From the NCBI GenBank assembly GCA_030704615.1, contig CM060731.1, positions 74,896,001 to 74,960,000 of the forward strand: a stretch of DNA of 64,000 nt, in the 5' to 3' direction. Below are positions 1-11,912 of the stretch, piece after piece. This DNA is from Takakia lepidozioides (Eukaryota; Plantae; Bryophyta). A program made the position numbers and the translations under genes. The notes below the pieces were generated by a model. That model saw only the letters and a program-made list of their open reading frames with translations, made no database searches and was not told the DNA's origin. How positions within the stretch are numbered: position 1 is the stretch's first letter; each line of letters opens with the position of its first letter.

Positions 1-8
1 AGACTGAT

Positions 9-656
9 TTGAGTGGAGAACAGTTGGACGAGTTGATTGCATACTGGGAGTCAGGCATTAGCAGTAGACAACAGACTGCTGTAGTTGGCATTGAGGGCCT
101 CAATATTGCCTTGGACAGTCAGAACTCTGTTGGAGCTAGCAGTTCTGCAGCTGTAGGTGAAATACCAAAGTGGGTGAGAGCTAGGCTTGGAACACAGCCA
201 AAGACAGCCCCGAGGACCAAGGTGTTCAGCCACAAGGCCGTGGTGTACTGGAGCAGAGGAGCAGGAGCTACACAAGTTTGTGCAATCAGACATGGTTGCA
301 GCCGGATACGCTCTGCACATGGCAACCACGAGCGGGGGTTCATCAGCAATGACATGTTTGTTGTGCGTGAAGGAGATGCAGTCATTCGCAATGAGGACAC
401 CCGCAACCGTCTCAAAGCTTTCGAGTTGAGAGACTATCAGACCCTACCTTTGTTTTCTTTAGTGTTCAGTGAGCGGGAGATAGGGGAGTATTGCTTTGTC
501 TCTACCTGGCAGAAAGAGGAGGAGGGTTGGTTAGAGCGAGCTACTGTAGCTTGGGACAAGGGTAGTGGCAGGTTTCTGGACATAGATATACCTCCTACAC
601 CTTACCATCATGCAGAGCGAGGCACTTTGAGAGAAGTCTGGCAGTTGATAGCATAG
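9..656 (+). CDS. Open 215-aa frame of unknown function, probably TE-derived and possibly 5'-truncated by the window edge
   Basis: Stop-free frame. It is followed by an LTR-like T-rich tail ending ...GTAGTTGCCACA at 744. No recognisable domain. Confidence 0.3.
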   Translation: MSGEQLDELIAYWESGISSRQQTAVVGIEGLNIALDSQNSVGASSSAAVGEIPKWVRARLGTQPKTAPRTKVFSHKAVVYWSRGAGATQVCAIRHGCSRIRSAHGNHERGFISNDMFVVREGDAVIRNEDTRNRLKAFELRDYQTLPLFSLVFSEREIGEYCFVSTWQKEEEGWLERATVAWDKGSGRFLDIDIPPTPYHHAERGTLREVWQLIA

Positions 657-802
657 ATCAGGATTAGATCTTGCTTGGTTGGGCTTCTATTCTTCCCCTC
701 CATCTCTGTACTATTTTCATTACCTTGTACCTGTAGTTGCCACAGCCTCTCTTGGTGGAGGCCAGCCAGTTTCCTGATACAACTCACAAGAATAGTTGCC
801 TA

Positions 803-1080
803 CCTTGCAAGTCCTGGCGACCACCGCCGCACGAAGTTGGCAAGTGCGAGGTTCAGTATAGCGACAGACCAAGGCTCACAGGCACCATGCGGAGTCCATC
901 GACGATTGGAAGTCGCACATTGAAGTGGAAAGTATTGTTTCAAGCTACAGGTGGGAGGTGTGATTCCATAGCCAGTAAGTATGACAATTATGGCCGATTC
1001 GGCGACGAAATAACATCTCCTGACAGTTTCTCTTGAGGGTGGATCCAGCAGTATTCTCGGTGCAGACAGGAACGTTCGCA
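803..1080 (-). pseudogene. Possible exon of a MULE cargo gene, weakly resembling a Ulp1-like protease Q..C motif
   Basis: Open frame bounded by ttgtcAG and aagGTaggc. The peptide FPLQCATS...GACEPWSV gives only a weak resemblance. Confidence 0.2.
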
Positions 1081-1231
1081 CTGACAAATGCCAGTACTGT
1101 TAGTTAAAACGGTCAGACAACCAAATTGTGCTCATGAAAACTGGCCGCAATTGTGTTGTTTCGGAACAATGCAACCCCTTCAGGTTCAGCATGCGGAAAT
1201 GAGGTTCCAGATTTCCCGTCCCGAGTGATTC

Positions 1232-1881
1232 TGTCGCGGCCCTTTGCCTTGAGGGCAGGGGGGGTCGGGACACAAGAGGGGCTGCCCCTGTGGTGGGGGC
1301 AGTAGCAGCGATAGGTACGGGGGCTGAAGCACCCTTGAGTGCCCAAGGCACTCAAGGAGGCGGAGGCGCTCACTAGGTGGAGCCCCGCACACCGGGTTGC
1401 GGTGGGGGTGGCTCCACAAGGGGTGGTGGTAGCTTAGCGGGACTTAGTGGGGGTGGCATAGGACTCACCATGGGGTGGAGACCTCGAGGTGGGAGTCGTG
1501 GGGAGTCTTGGGACTCATCACGGTCCATTGGGGCCGCGGTGAGTGGGCCAAGACTCACCGCGACTCACCACCGGGAATCGAGGGTCTTCGTGGTGGGTTC
1601 GCCATAAAATGGCATGGCTGGTTGTGAAACCCCCGCGGACAGCTACAGAAGTATAAATAGGGAGTAGTAACCCCAAGAACGGTGCAAGCCCGTTGGTGAC
1701 CAAAAACTAGTGAGTAAGCGAGCGAGCCGGAAAGCGACCAAAGAGTGGGGAGCTGTTCCGGACTGCCAACTACAAAAGGGAATTCCCGCTGGTTCCAAAT
1801 CGGTGGAGGGTTCTTTGGGAGAACAAAGGGGGACCGTTATGCCCCGGTGACGGGGAGCTTACCGAAGGGAGGTGCGCGACA
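1232..1881 (+). repeat. 5' LTR (650 bp)
   Basis: Nearly identical to 11163-11889 apart from a few substitutions and a ~78-bp indel near its 3' end. TATAAATA at ~1652. Confidence 0.95.
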
Positions 1882-1883
1882 CT

Positions 1884-1895
1884 TGGTATCAGAGC
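1884..1895 (+). promoter_or_regulatory. Primer-binding site (tRNA-iMet)
   Basis: TGGTATCAGAGC 2 bp after the LTR end. Confidence 0.95.
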
Positions 1896-1936
1896 TTAGA
1901 GTTCAGTACGCGATCATCCTTGGGATTGGCCTCATC

Positions 1937-4900
1937 ATGGGGTCGGGCAAGCCAAAGCGAAAGCGGAACGGCCCAAAAGATGATGATCCTGGTGAGCCCG
2001 ATGGGGGCGACGTGTCACCGAGGCGGCCATTTGAGGAAGCGATGAATGTCTCCGAAAACGAGGCCGCTCAAGAGCGGGAGGAATCCGAGGAGTCGGAGCC
2101 CGAGGAATCCTGGAGAGCTCCGACAAACCAAGAGATGCCTCCCATGCCGGCAGCCTTTTGGGAAGGGTTGTTGGCGCAGTTTGGCGGGACGTTGAAAGAC
2201 GTGTTGAAGGTGGCTAATGTCACTTCCACTAAGGCAAAGTTTAAGGTGAAGCCTAAGGAACCCGGCACCTTCAAGGGCGTTCAAAATCGGAAGGCACTCA
2301 ACACCTGGCTCCTGGAGCTAGAGCAGTACTTCCGGGCGGCCAAGTTGAGTGATGAGGATCGGGTGGAAGTGGCTCCCACCTATTTGAGGGGCTATGCTCA
2401 ACAATGGTGGCAGAAACGCCTTCACGACCGAGGCCCAAGCCCGGAAACCTTGAACTGGAGTGGGTTCAAGGAATTGATGAAGAGACAGTTTGTGCCCCTC
2501 AACGCATCCTGGCTTGCCCGGGACAAGATGAGGAATTTGAATCAAACAGATGACATTCGGGGGTATGTCCAGGCTGTCAATGTGCTGTTGCTCGAAGTCG
2601 CGGACATGACAGAACCAGAAATGGTCTTCAACTTTGTGGCGGGACTGGCCCCATGGGCCAGGCGGAAGTTGGAGGAGAAGCCACCCAAGACTTTGAACGA
2701 GGCAATTGAGAGGGCTGAATGTTTCTCGGATGTCCCTAGGGGTGAGAGACAAGGCCGTACGGAGCTGAACCACAAGAAGACCCGGCGGGAAGGTGACTCC
2801 TTCCGACCGGAAAAGAAGTGGGATAGGCCACGCGGCGACAATGGCATGTGGAAATCGAAGGGAGGGCCTTCACACGTCAAGGCGGCACCCGGTGCTTCGA
2901 AAGGAAAAGCGGGTGGAGCGGCTTATGGCGGACAAAAGGCAACCTTTGATGGAGTGTGTTTCAATTGCGGGGAGCCCGGGCACATGGCCAAGAAGTGCAC
3001 AAAACCTCGACAATTGAACATGACTCGGGCAACCACAGAGCTGTCGGAAGATACCATCAGTCGCTTGGCTCCGAATTCCTACGCTATAGTTTGCTGTCCT
3101 CCGCAACTTGGGAGAGCCTGGATCCCAAATGAGGGAGGACTTTGCAGAGTGACTGAAACTTACCTTTGTTCCAAATTCAAGCTCAAACCGGGCACAGTTT
3201 ATTTGGAAGAAGAAAGAAAGGATGTTCTTGGACAGGTTGACGAGACCATTGTCGTGCTAGGTAACGACGGAGGTTGCGGAATCGAATGGCACGTACCCCC
3301 ATCAGACACCATCCTGTACCGAGCTGTGGGAATGCCCATTCCCTTTCCGAATCAGTCGCTGCCCACACCATCCACAAAGGAGTCCGGAAACCGACAGGCG
3401 GCCACTGCCAACAAAGAGGTATGCAACGATAATCATTCCCGACCTGGACCGTCAAGACCCTCCATAGCTTCTCGTGTGGACGTATTCGACATTTCCGAGG
3501 AGGAAGATGATTGCATTGAGGTACCCATGTCCTCCACACGGTCGTTCAAATCCGGCATGGACGTCTCTGTAGGTGCTACGCATGTGCCCTCGAGCATAAC
3601 TCCAACCCGGTCCATTGTGCAGCTCCTACGACAACATCACCTCGATGGTTCTCGCTCCGAGCTGGCTGCTCTCGACTATGCCAAATTCCCAGTCAGAAAG
3701 GTAACGTTTCTGCCTCCCGAAGTCGATGGCAATGTCATCTTCGAGTTTCCACCTGTTTCTTCGTCAAACAAAGCCTCCGGGATGTTAACAGACATGGATC
3801 GAAAGCATGACGGACACCCCTGGTGTGTGACGAAGACCAGTAGCACGAAAATTGCTGATGGTGTTCGTGTACGATATGTCCTCTGTGCGGGGAAGCTGAG
3901 GTGCCTCAATCCCACCTGCTTCCACTTTCTCTCCAAAGGAGGGCGGAGAAACGAGACGGATTGGACTGGCACAATGCATCATCCATTCATTGTCTCCAGC
4001 CAAGCTCCTGCGGGTTCTTTCAAGTGTGCACATTGCAAAGAACCACCGACGTGCATGTCCATGTGCAGAGCCAAGCAATGTTACGTAATCCATTTGCTCC
4101 CGGACTTGACTAGAGCTTGCATACACGTTGGGGTCCACTGCCACCCCTTGGCGAGAGGCAACATGCGTGAGGCTGTGCAGGAAGCACACGACATCATAAA
4201 AGAGGAGGTGAAATTGAGCCCCGGAGCCAGACCAAAGCAGATTCAGCTGAAGGCAGCCCACAAGATTGCTCTTGGCAAAATCATGTCTGAAGATGGTTCC
4301 GACCGAGAGCCCTTGACCGAAGACGAGATGCGTGACCTCTTGGAGTCCGTCTCGCACGTTTGTAGTCCAAATGTGCGGAATCACATCGTATCTTGCAAGC
4401 AGGAGTTTGACAGGGGGTCGGATATGTACTCAATCCTGGAGGTGAAACGAATGACTGGATATGACTACATCCAAGGTAGCAGGTTTCCAGGGCAAGGCAG
4501 CGAATCCGATCGTTGTTACATTTTCAAAATGTCGACGTGTGGGCCTGGGAGCGGAGTCGACTTGGTCACTCGCATGACAACTGGAAACTTGTCGAATGCT
4601 TGGGTGATGTTTGATCACATCAAGCGAATTACAAACCATCAGTGGGTGACTATGGGTGCGCATGTTTATGACTATTACTCCAAGAGGCTCATGACGATTG
4701 CAATCTGCGAGATGAAAGGGGAGGACACACAGTCCGAGATGCATCTGTGGGAGGGCATAAACGAGCAGATGGCAAGGGCGGGATTGCCAGAGCCCAATTT
4801 CAGGGGATTCATGGCAGACAACGCTCAGGCCAACTGGGCAGCGGTGCGGCGTGTGTACGGTGAGGACCCCAATGTTCCAATGGAGGGGAAAGAGAGATCA

Positions 4901-6672
4901 TGTGGATTCCATTGGATGCAGAGTCTTTCTCACTACACTTCCAAATTTGTTGCTAGCTCATTCCAGGCTGAACACCGTGTCCTTTGTACGGCGTGGAAGG
5001 ATGCACCCACATTTGATGACGCGGAGGTTAAGTTTGCTATCATCGAGGCTTGGTGGAACACGTCAGGTGCAGTGGAGACAACCAATCTGGGAGCATTGCA
5101 CAGCTGGTTGGGGTGGTGGCATTTTGGGTATCGACAGTTCGGACAGTACATGCGGGAGGTAGGCTGCTGTCATTTTCGTTCATTTGTCTTTCTGTTACGG
5201 ACATTTCGATTGGTCCCTCACCATTGTTTTTGTCCTTCTAGGAGCGGTGCTTGGATTCCGACACGGACATGCCGAACACGAATATGGCAGAATCGGTCCA
5301 CTCCTCCTGGCGAGCGTCTTCTATCGCACATCTGGTGGACGTAGTGACGGCCATAATGGAGGACATCGACAGAGCAATCATGCAGCAAGCCATGTACTAC
5401 AAGTTCCTGAGCGGCAAACAATGGGGCTTTGGGCCGGACAGGGAGGAATTGTTGGTACGAACAGCTTCGAGGTCTAAGAATCCACTGAAATGGGCGACAG
5501 CATTGCGAGAGAAGATCAAAGGGACGCCTCTGCACCGCAGAGGTGAACACCTAGAGGGGGACGTCCGGACTCGCCCTATGAGGCGGAGGATTGAAGAGGA
5601 ACCCGGGTGCGAAGAGGATTCCTGGAGATCCGACAGGAACATTCGGACAGCACCTCGAGGTCCCATCATGTTGCCGCACAATGTGTCTTCCAGCAGTGGA
5701 AGCCCAAGAAATTCCAGATCGTCGTCGCCTTCAACCGGGGATTTCGTGCGAGAAATTCCCACCGCTCCCTTGCCCCAGATTCCGCCCGCTGTTATGCAGT
5801 ATGGCCAAGCCATTGTGGAGACGACTGTGTCTGCATCACAGTGGAGAATTGCTCGCACAAAGCCGTCGTTTCGAGGAAGGTGTTCCGCAATTCGTGTGGA
5901 TACACGGCAACGTTGTTTAGAGATGATAAGGAGGAATCCAGATGGGGCTGTCCCTGCTCCTACTTTTACAGGAAGATTTGTCCATGCAAAGTTTGCGGAG
6001 GCGACAACCACCCAGTTCTGGTTCTGCAGGCACGACATTATGACTTGCGTGTATGGAAAGCCCAAGTACGGCATACAAACAATGCCAGAGGCTCCCCCGG
6101 TGTGGCCGGTGGAACCAGGCTGCGATCTGAGTCAGGTTGAGGCCGACGCCCTTACCGCCGCAGGATTTCGGATGGTGCAGCGCACTGACGTCCCCAGACA
6201 ACCATTTCCGCTTCCACAGCCTCCACCACCGACCCCTGTGAGAGCAAGAACAATGGGACACGACAGCTCTAAGCATCCTACACACCGTTGGGGGAAACCG
6301 AAGAGGTGGCGACCTCCCTCAAAAGTGAACGAGACAAGGATGGGGAATGCACTTCGGATGAACTGTACAATCCAGAGCTCGACAGAAGTGCCCATACCAG
6401 GATTCGGGCGTGTGTATCAGATGGCCACGACAGGCTCAGCTGTTCGCAATGAGGTGTACACCATCACCATTTCAGAATTACCCACCTGCAATTGCACCGA
6501 CTTCCAGATCATGGCGAACAAGGGGGCATCATACTGCCCTTGCAAGCATTTGTACTACGTGTACCTAAAGAGACTCCGTTGTAATTCCACAACTCATCAC
6601 TTCATACATGCACCAGGGTTGAGCCCCCAGGAGGTTCACACTCTTCTGAATATGGATCCAGGGGACCAGTGA
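1937..6672 (+). CDS. Gag - GCM-like Zn domain - MULE DDE transposase - SWIM fusion protein (~1550 aa; exons 1937-5158 and 5242-6672)
   Basis: Contains retrotransposon gag and a CCHC knuckle (CFNCGEPGHMAKKC). GCM-like pattern DGHPW...CAGKLRCLNPTC...CAHC...HVGVHCHP. MULE motifs VMFDH, FMADNAQA, CGFH and TNMAESVH. SWIM CNCTDF...CKHLYYV. A phase-0 GT-AG intron at 5159-5241 joins the two ORFs in frame with no stops. Confidence 0.85.
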
Positions 6673-6919
6673 GCTTGGCTTGCGGTCCCAATACAATGGT
6701 ACGCCCATCCTTTTCGGATAGTAGAACTGTACTGTTGCCAGTACCTCAGACTCTGGCCACAGAAAGGTCCGACATATGTCTTGCCTACCAGTAACCTGTT
6801 TTGCTCGAACTAAGATATTACTATATCGTTCACTTGTTTCCACGTGCATGTATTTTTGTATGTTGGAGGGTTCATGTTTTTCTGCTTTCCGAAAACTTGC
6901 TTTCCTCATTCGACCTCCG

Positions 6920-7518
6920 ACAAGGAAATGCGGCGTCGCATTTCCAAGTATCGTCGTAGGTATTGGTAGAGGCGGCCTTCGCCAACACCAAACTGCTCCG
7001 AAATTTCGCACGTGCCAACCCTAATGCGGCACCTTATTTCCCAGTTCAGTGGCAAATCTTTCCCGCCGAATACCCGAAGAAGACAGAATTGTGAAGTACT
7101 GCAGACTCTATTGGTGCAGACTCCATTGGTTCAATCGCGGCAAAAGGGTCAGCTTCATTCCAATGTTAAGGCATGTAAAACCGCGGAATACTCTATACAA
7201 GCCAGTATGCGACGTCCTTTTGCAGTGGTATACTGGATTTCCCGTTGCACGGTCACTTATTTCCATGAGCGGATCTAAAAAACCATGAGTGGACTTGTTA
7301 CTGACGACATATCTTCGCCGCATTACATGATCTGGAACGTCCAAAAACGGCAAGGTCAAATAAAAAAACTATTATTTTAATACTTGTTTAATCTGCCGCA
7401 TTTCCAAATTTGGAGGAGTCCGCTCATGAAATCCGCGTATCTTAGACTTCGGCTCACCGCTCATGCGGCTCATGCGGCTCATGGCTCATGGTTTCTGCTC
7501 ATGAAATAGTAAACCTCC
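6920..7518. repeat. Right subterminal region and terminus of the captured MULE
   Basis: Palindrome GGAAATGCGGCGTCGCATTTCC at 6924 plus partial copies. GCTCATG(CG) repeats end CATGAAATAGTAAACCTCC at 7518. Confidence 0.75.
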
Positions 7519-8411
7519 ATGCATATAGACTAATTTACCAAACCTAACTAAGTTCCGTTGTAATCAAGCGCTATACCGCTACACCTGCACAAAGGGCGTC
7601 CATTCAGTAGAGGTTGAAACTTGACTTGGGCATCTCAAAGTAGACTCCTAACCTATCATGCCAAGTGATACCATTCATCATCATACCTATCATACCTATC
7701 ATCATCATGCCAAGTGTAAGGTTGTTGACCACTTATGTGAGAAAAACAAATGTTACATGGAAGCAAAAAAATTCTACTTTGTGGTTGTACAGGCTACAAG
7801 AGTGTTCCAGAACCTGGAGAGATAGACCTCTCGGTGGCTATGGAAGCTATACAACAGTTGGAGAAACCATGACTCCAATCAACAGAACACAAGTTATCAG
7901 ATTTGAAACTCAAGCTACATGGCATATAAGAGACAAGGGTGCAGCTATAAGTCCTGGTTGAATATTCATGTCTCCATGAGTGTATATTCAGATTTTTATT
8001 ATTGTATGCAAAATTCTTAGATTATGAATAGAGGGTTCTTGAAAATGAGGCAAGTTGGTCATCATTGTCTCATATGTGGGGTGGACAAAGATTGTTGGAG
8101 ATAAAAGGCGGCCTCATCAGCCTCACGCTGTGCACTTCCCAATGAAACCCAACAATTTCACAACCCTCCAGAGATCGTGCAGCCCAGGCCCTGCCCCCAA
8201 GTAGTATGGTTGGGAGATGATAATGGTTTAGGGTGTATGGTTCAATATGGACAATGGATATGATGAAGGGAAAAGATGACATTTATTTAACAGAAATCCT
8301 CAAAGTACATGACATAAAACAATTATCTTTGAATGTGATTGTCCCACTTATTCACTTAATCACAATTACATACAAGAGCTTGTGTAATTAAAAGTTGGAG
8401 AGCTTCCCTAC

Positions 8412-9560
8412 TTAACACGGTATTACCAATGAGGTCCAATTGATCAAAATATCTATGTTCATGCGTTGCCAAACCACAATACCGAGACATGTAGTAGTGG
8501 AGATGAAAACAAGAGATCGAATCCTTCCCAACCTTTCCAATTTCATAAGCTTGTGCACGGACACGAACCATGTCAGGAATGAGTTGAGCTCCTTTGGTGG
8601 GAAGGTCATGCAAACCACCTGCACATCGCCATCTTTGATTCCCACGAGGCCCCAAGTCTTGGTTACCAATGTGTTGGGGGTCTTCCCTAAATCGTGGGTC
8701 ATCAATAAGGTGGCTGGTCCATCTACATGATCAAACACATCACTACATTATAATAACATTCCAATGTAAATTGTAGCTTAACAATGAAAGTACAAACAAG
8801 AGAAAACCATGAGCTTACCCATGCAAACGTTCATACTCGCGAAAGAAACGAGCAGGAACATGTGATCGACGATATCGACCGTTTTCATTAATCGTGTGAA
8901 CTCGATGTCCATTCCAAATCTTCACGTATTCATCAACAGCTTCTTGTACTATGGGCATATATACGTCAATAAAAGATTTTCGTTGCCACGGATCGTCCAT
9001 ATCCAATAATCCATCATTGACCATTGCTTGGAAGCAATTTTTGTAGTAGAACATTACCTTCTCCCATAGATGCCGCCAAAAGTGTTCAATCCTCTAACGT
9101 GGTGATTACACCACACAAAATATTAGAAATATGCACAACATTACACACTCAATGATTAATAAAGATGAACCAAGAAATATGACAGAAATGTAAAGTTGAT
9201 ATGCAAGATAGAATTGTATAGAGCACTAACCTGATTGTGTGTGGAAGACCTAGTCAAGTACGGATTGGGTGTTTCAGAACGTGTGGCTTCAATGTGTTGT
9301 TTTATAAGAGAGTGCTCTACTGCAAAATCAGATCGAATTCGTAAAGGTGCTCCAAACTTGGAAACTGCATCGTGATATCCTTTGAAAATGGTTTTTTCTT
9401 TCTTGTTTCTTGCAACGTTCGCCCATAAAACAAAATGAGAGGCCCCATCAATGCCAGCATGTACTCGAAGACCAAACATAACCAATTTGTCATAAGCTGC
9501 ACCACGAATTGCATACATGTTTTAGTTTGCCTACAATTTTGTGCGATATGTAATGCAAGA
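8412..9560 (-). pseudogene. Degenerate intron-containing integrase-core (IS481EU/rve-like) DDE transposase fragment
   Basis: YDKL..GLRVHAGIDGASH...PLRIRSD...SSTHNQ, then intron 9094-9230, then RIEHFW...WNGHRV. The usual WHxD motif is deleted. Confidence 0.7.
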
Positions 9561-9601
9561 AAACGTCTTGCATGTGCATCTTCAAAGAACATTAAAGCGT
9601 C

Positions 9602-10257
9602 TCGATGGAATTCATGACTGCTATGCCGCTGTCAAAAGGATTCGATGCAATCATGGTGGTGGTGGATAGGTTCAGTAAAATGGGCCATTTCATCCCCACC
9701 AAGGAGACGGCAACGGCGCAGGAGACAGGGCGACTTTACTTCGCCCACGTCTTAAAGCATCATGGAGTCCCGAAGGCGAATCGGAAGCGAGGGAAGTGAA
9801 GTTTGAGGCAAGCACAGAGGTCTGGTTGAACATCAAGAATTTCCGACTACCTCCGGAAGTGAGTCCGAAGTTCGTACCTCCGTATGCGGGACCCTTTCGC
9901 ATTCGGAAGGTTATGAATGAGGATGTGTATGAATTGGAGCTGCCGGCAAACAACAAGGTGCACCCAATATTCCATGTCTCCCTTTTGAAGCCTTACTTCA
10001 AAGATGAAGCGCGTCCGAATCGACATCAAGTGTTGCGTCCGCCACCTATGCTGTTGGATCATGAAAATGGACCTGAGTACGAGGTGGAGGCAATACTTAA
10101 GTCGAGGAGGTTCAAGAACCGAGAAACGGAGTATCTCGTCAAATGGAAGGGCTATCATCATGTGGAGGCATCTTGGATGCGTGCCTCAGAAATGGGAAAC
10201 GCATCCGAGGCGGTTGCAGCTTTCGAAGGGCGACCTCAAAAGCGGAAGAAGCGTTGA
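9602..10257 (+). pseudogene. Chromovirus integrase remnant with internal deletion, plus chromodomain
   Basis: SMEFMTAMP...VVVDRFSKMGHFIP...HGVPK is joined at ~9776 to the GPF region. Chromodomain EYEVEAILKS...YLVKWKGY...ASW. Confidence 0.9.
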
Positions 10258-11162
10258 TGGGGACATCAACCTTGGAGCGTGGGGGAGGAAATGCATGCTT
10301 AGCCCGGCTTAGCTAGCTTAGGAATCCGATTACAAAAACTTGTATTGTACAAAAATTTGTTATAAAGGAAATGGGTTCCAAATGTTGTGCGTCTATTTTG
10401 TTTGGAATGGTGATGCATGGTATGGTTGGCTAGTGTGTAGAATGCATGCTAGCTTATAAAAGTGGGAGAGGTAAATGGGGTTAATCGTGTGTTTGCGTAG
10501 TGCCGAAATTCGGTGACCCCCATCCAAGGGGCAAGGAAACTTGCGACTTCTTTGGGAGTTCACGTGCTAGTGCGCACCTGGCGCGTGCGCGTACTATAAC
10601 TGCGCTACCGAGGGGGTTGCCTTGTAGTGCGGGCTAACGCGGAAGCTACGTGCTTCCGTTCACGTACTATAATCGTGTAGCCTCGGGACGAAGTCGTAGT
10701 GCGGCTTCGGCGTGTTCCCATACCTCAGGCCAGCATTCCAAGGCGGACCCAATTGTAGTGATTGGGGCGCACGGTTGGTTCAAGGTTATCTTCCTAGTCA
10801 AAGAGGGTTCCAGGTGAACCCTTGCTCAAGGTGATGCCAAAAGCGACATCATGAGCAGTTGCAAGCAATGTTGTTGCAGTAAGGTGATTCGATCCTCAAG
10901 GAGGATCGTTCCTTGGCCTTGAAGTAGGCCAAGAAGAGTGCACTGGGAGGAGCTGGAGAGGCTCCACCCTTGGCCGGGACTTGGAGGAAGTCGGCCGAAC
11001 TAGCTAGTGGAGAGTAGAGTCAAGTGTGGGGTTTGGTTCTTTGCCATGGGACGCCATGGTACGGAAACAAACTCCTTGATGTGGGACGCCACAACTTGGA
11101 TGTTCGTTTCTACAAAATGGACAAGTCGATGAGGACATCGACTCCCTGTTGGTAGGGGTGTG

Positions 11163-11889
11163 TGTTGCGGCCCTTTGCCTTGAGGGCAGGGGGGGTCGGG
11201 ACACAAGAGGGGCTGCCCCTGTGGTGGGGGCAGTAGCAGCGATAGGTACGGGGGCTGAAGCACCCTTGAGTGCCCAAGGCACTCAAGGAGGCGGAGGCGC
11301 TCACTAGGTGGAGCCCCGCACACCGGGTTGCGGTGGGGGTGGCTCCACAAGGGGTGGTGGTAGCTTAGCGGGACTTAGTGGGGGTGGCATAGGACTCACC
11401 ATGGGGTGGAGACCTCGAGGTGGGAGTCGTGGGGAGTCTTGGGACTCATCACGGTCCATTGAGGCCGCGGTGAGTGGGCCAAGACTCACCGCGACTCACC
11501 ACCGGGAATCGAGGGTCTTAGTGGTGGTTCGCCATAAAATGGCATGGCTGGTTGTGAAACCCCCGCGGACAGCTACAGAAGTATAAATAGGGAGTAGTAA
11601 CCCCGAGAACAGTGCAAGCCCGTTGGTGACCAAAAACTAGTGAGTAAGCGAGCGAGCCGGAAAGCGACCAAAGAGTGGGGACCTGTTCCGGACTGCCAAC
11701 TACAAAAGGGAATTCCCGCTGGTTCCAAATCGGTGGAGGGTTCTTTGGGAGAACAAAGGGGGACCGTTATGCCCCGGTGAGCAGCCGAAGCTCCAAGTTG
11801 GCCCGGCGGCCAGGTTGGGAGTCAGGCGCGCGCATCAAAGCGAGTAACTATGACTTGAGGGGGAGCTTACCGAAGGGAGGTGCGCGACA
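11163..11889 (+). repeat. 3' LTR (727 bp) preceded by PPT GGTAGGGGTGTG
   Basis: Matches the 5' LTR; TSD GATTC follows. Confidence 0.95.
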
Positions 11890-11912
11890 GATTCTTTCGA
11901 TTGCTCCTGGAC

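Larger units (their letters stand above)
1232..11889 (+). mobile_element. Non-autonomous Ty3/gypsy chromovirus LTR retrotransposon with captured internal DNA
   Basis: LTRs run TGT(C/T)GCG...CGCGACA at 1232-1881 and 11163-11889. 5-bp TSD GATTC at 1227-1231 and 11890-11894. PBS, gag, integrase remnant and chromodomain are present; PR, RT and RH are absent. Confidence 0.95.

Noticed and set aside
1745-1936. N-terminal extension of the 1199-aa ORF
   Set aside because: It starts at a GTG inside the LTR and crosses the PBS. The ATG at 1937 is the plausible gag start.
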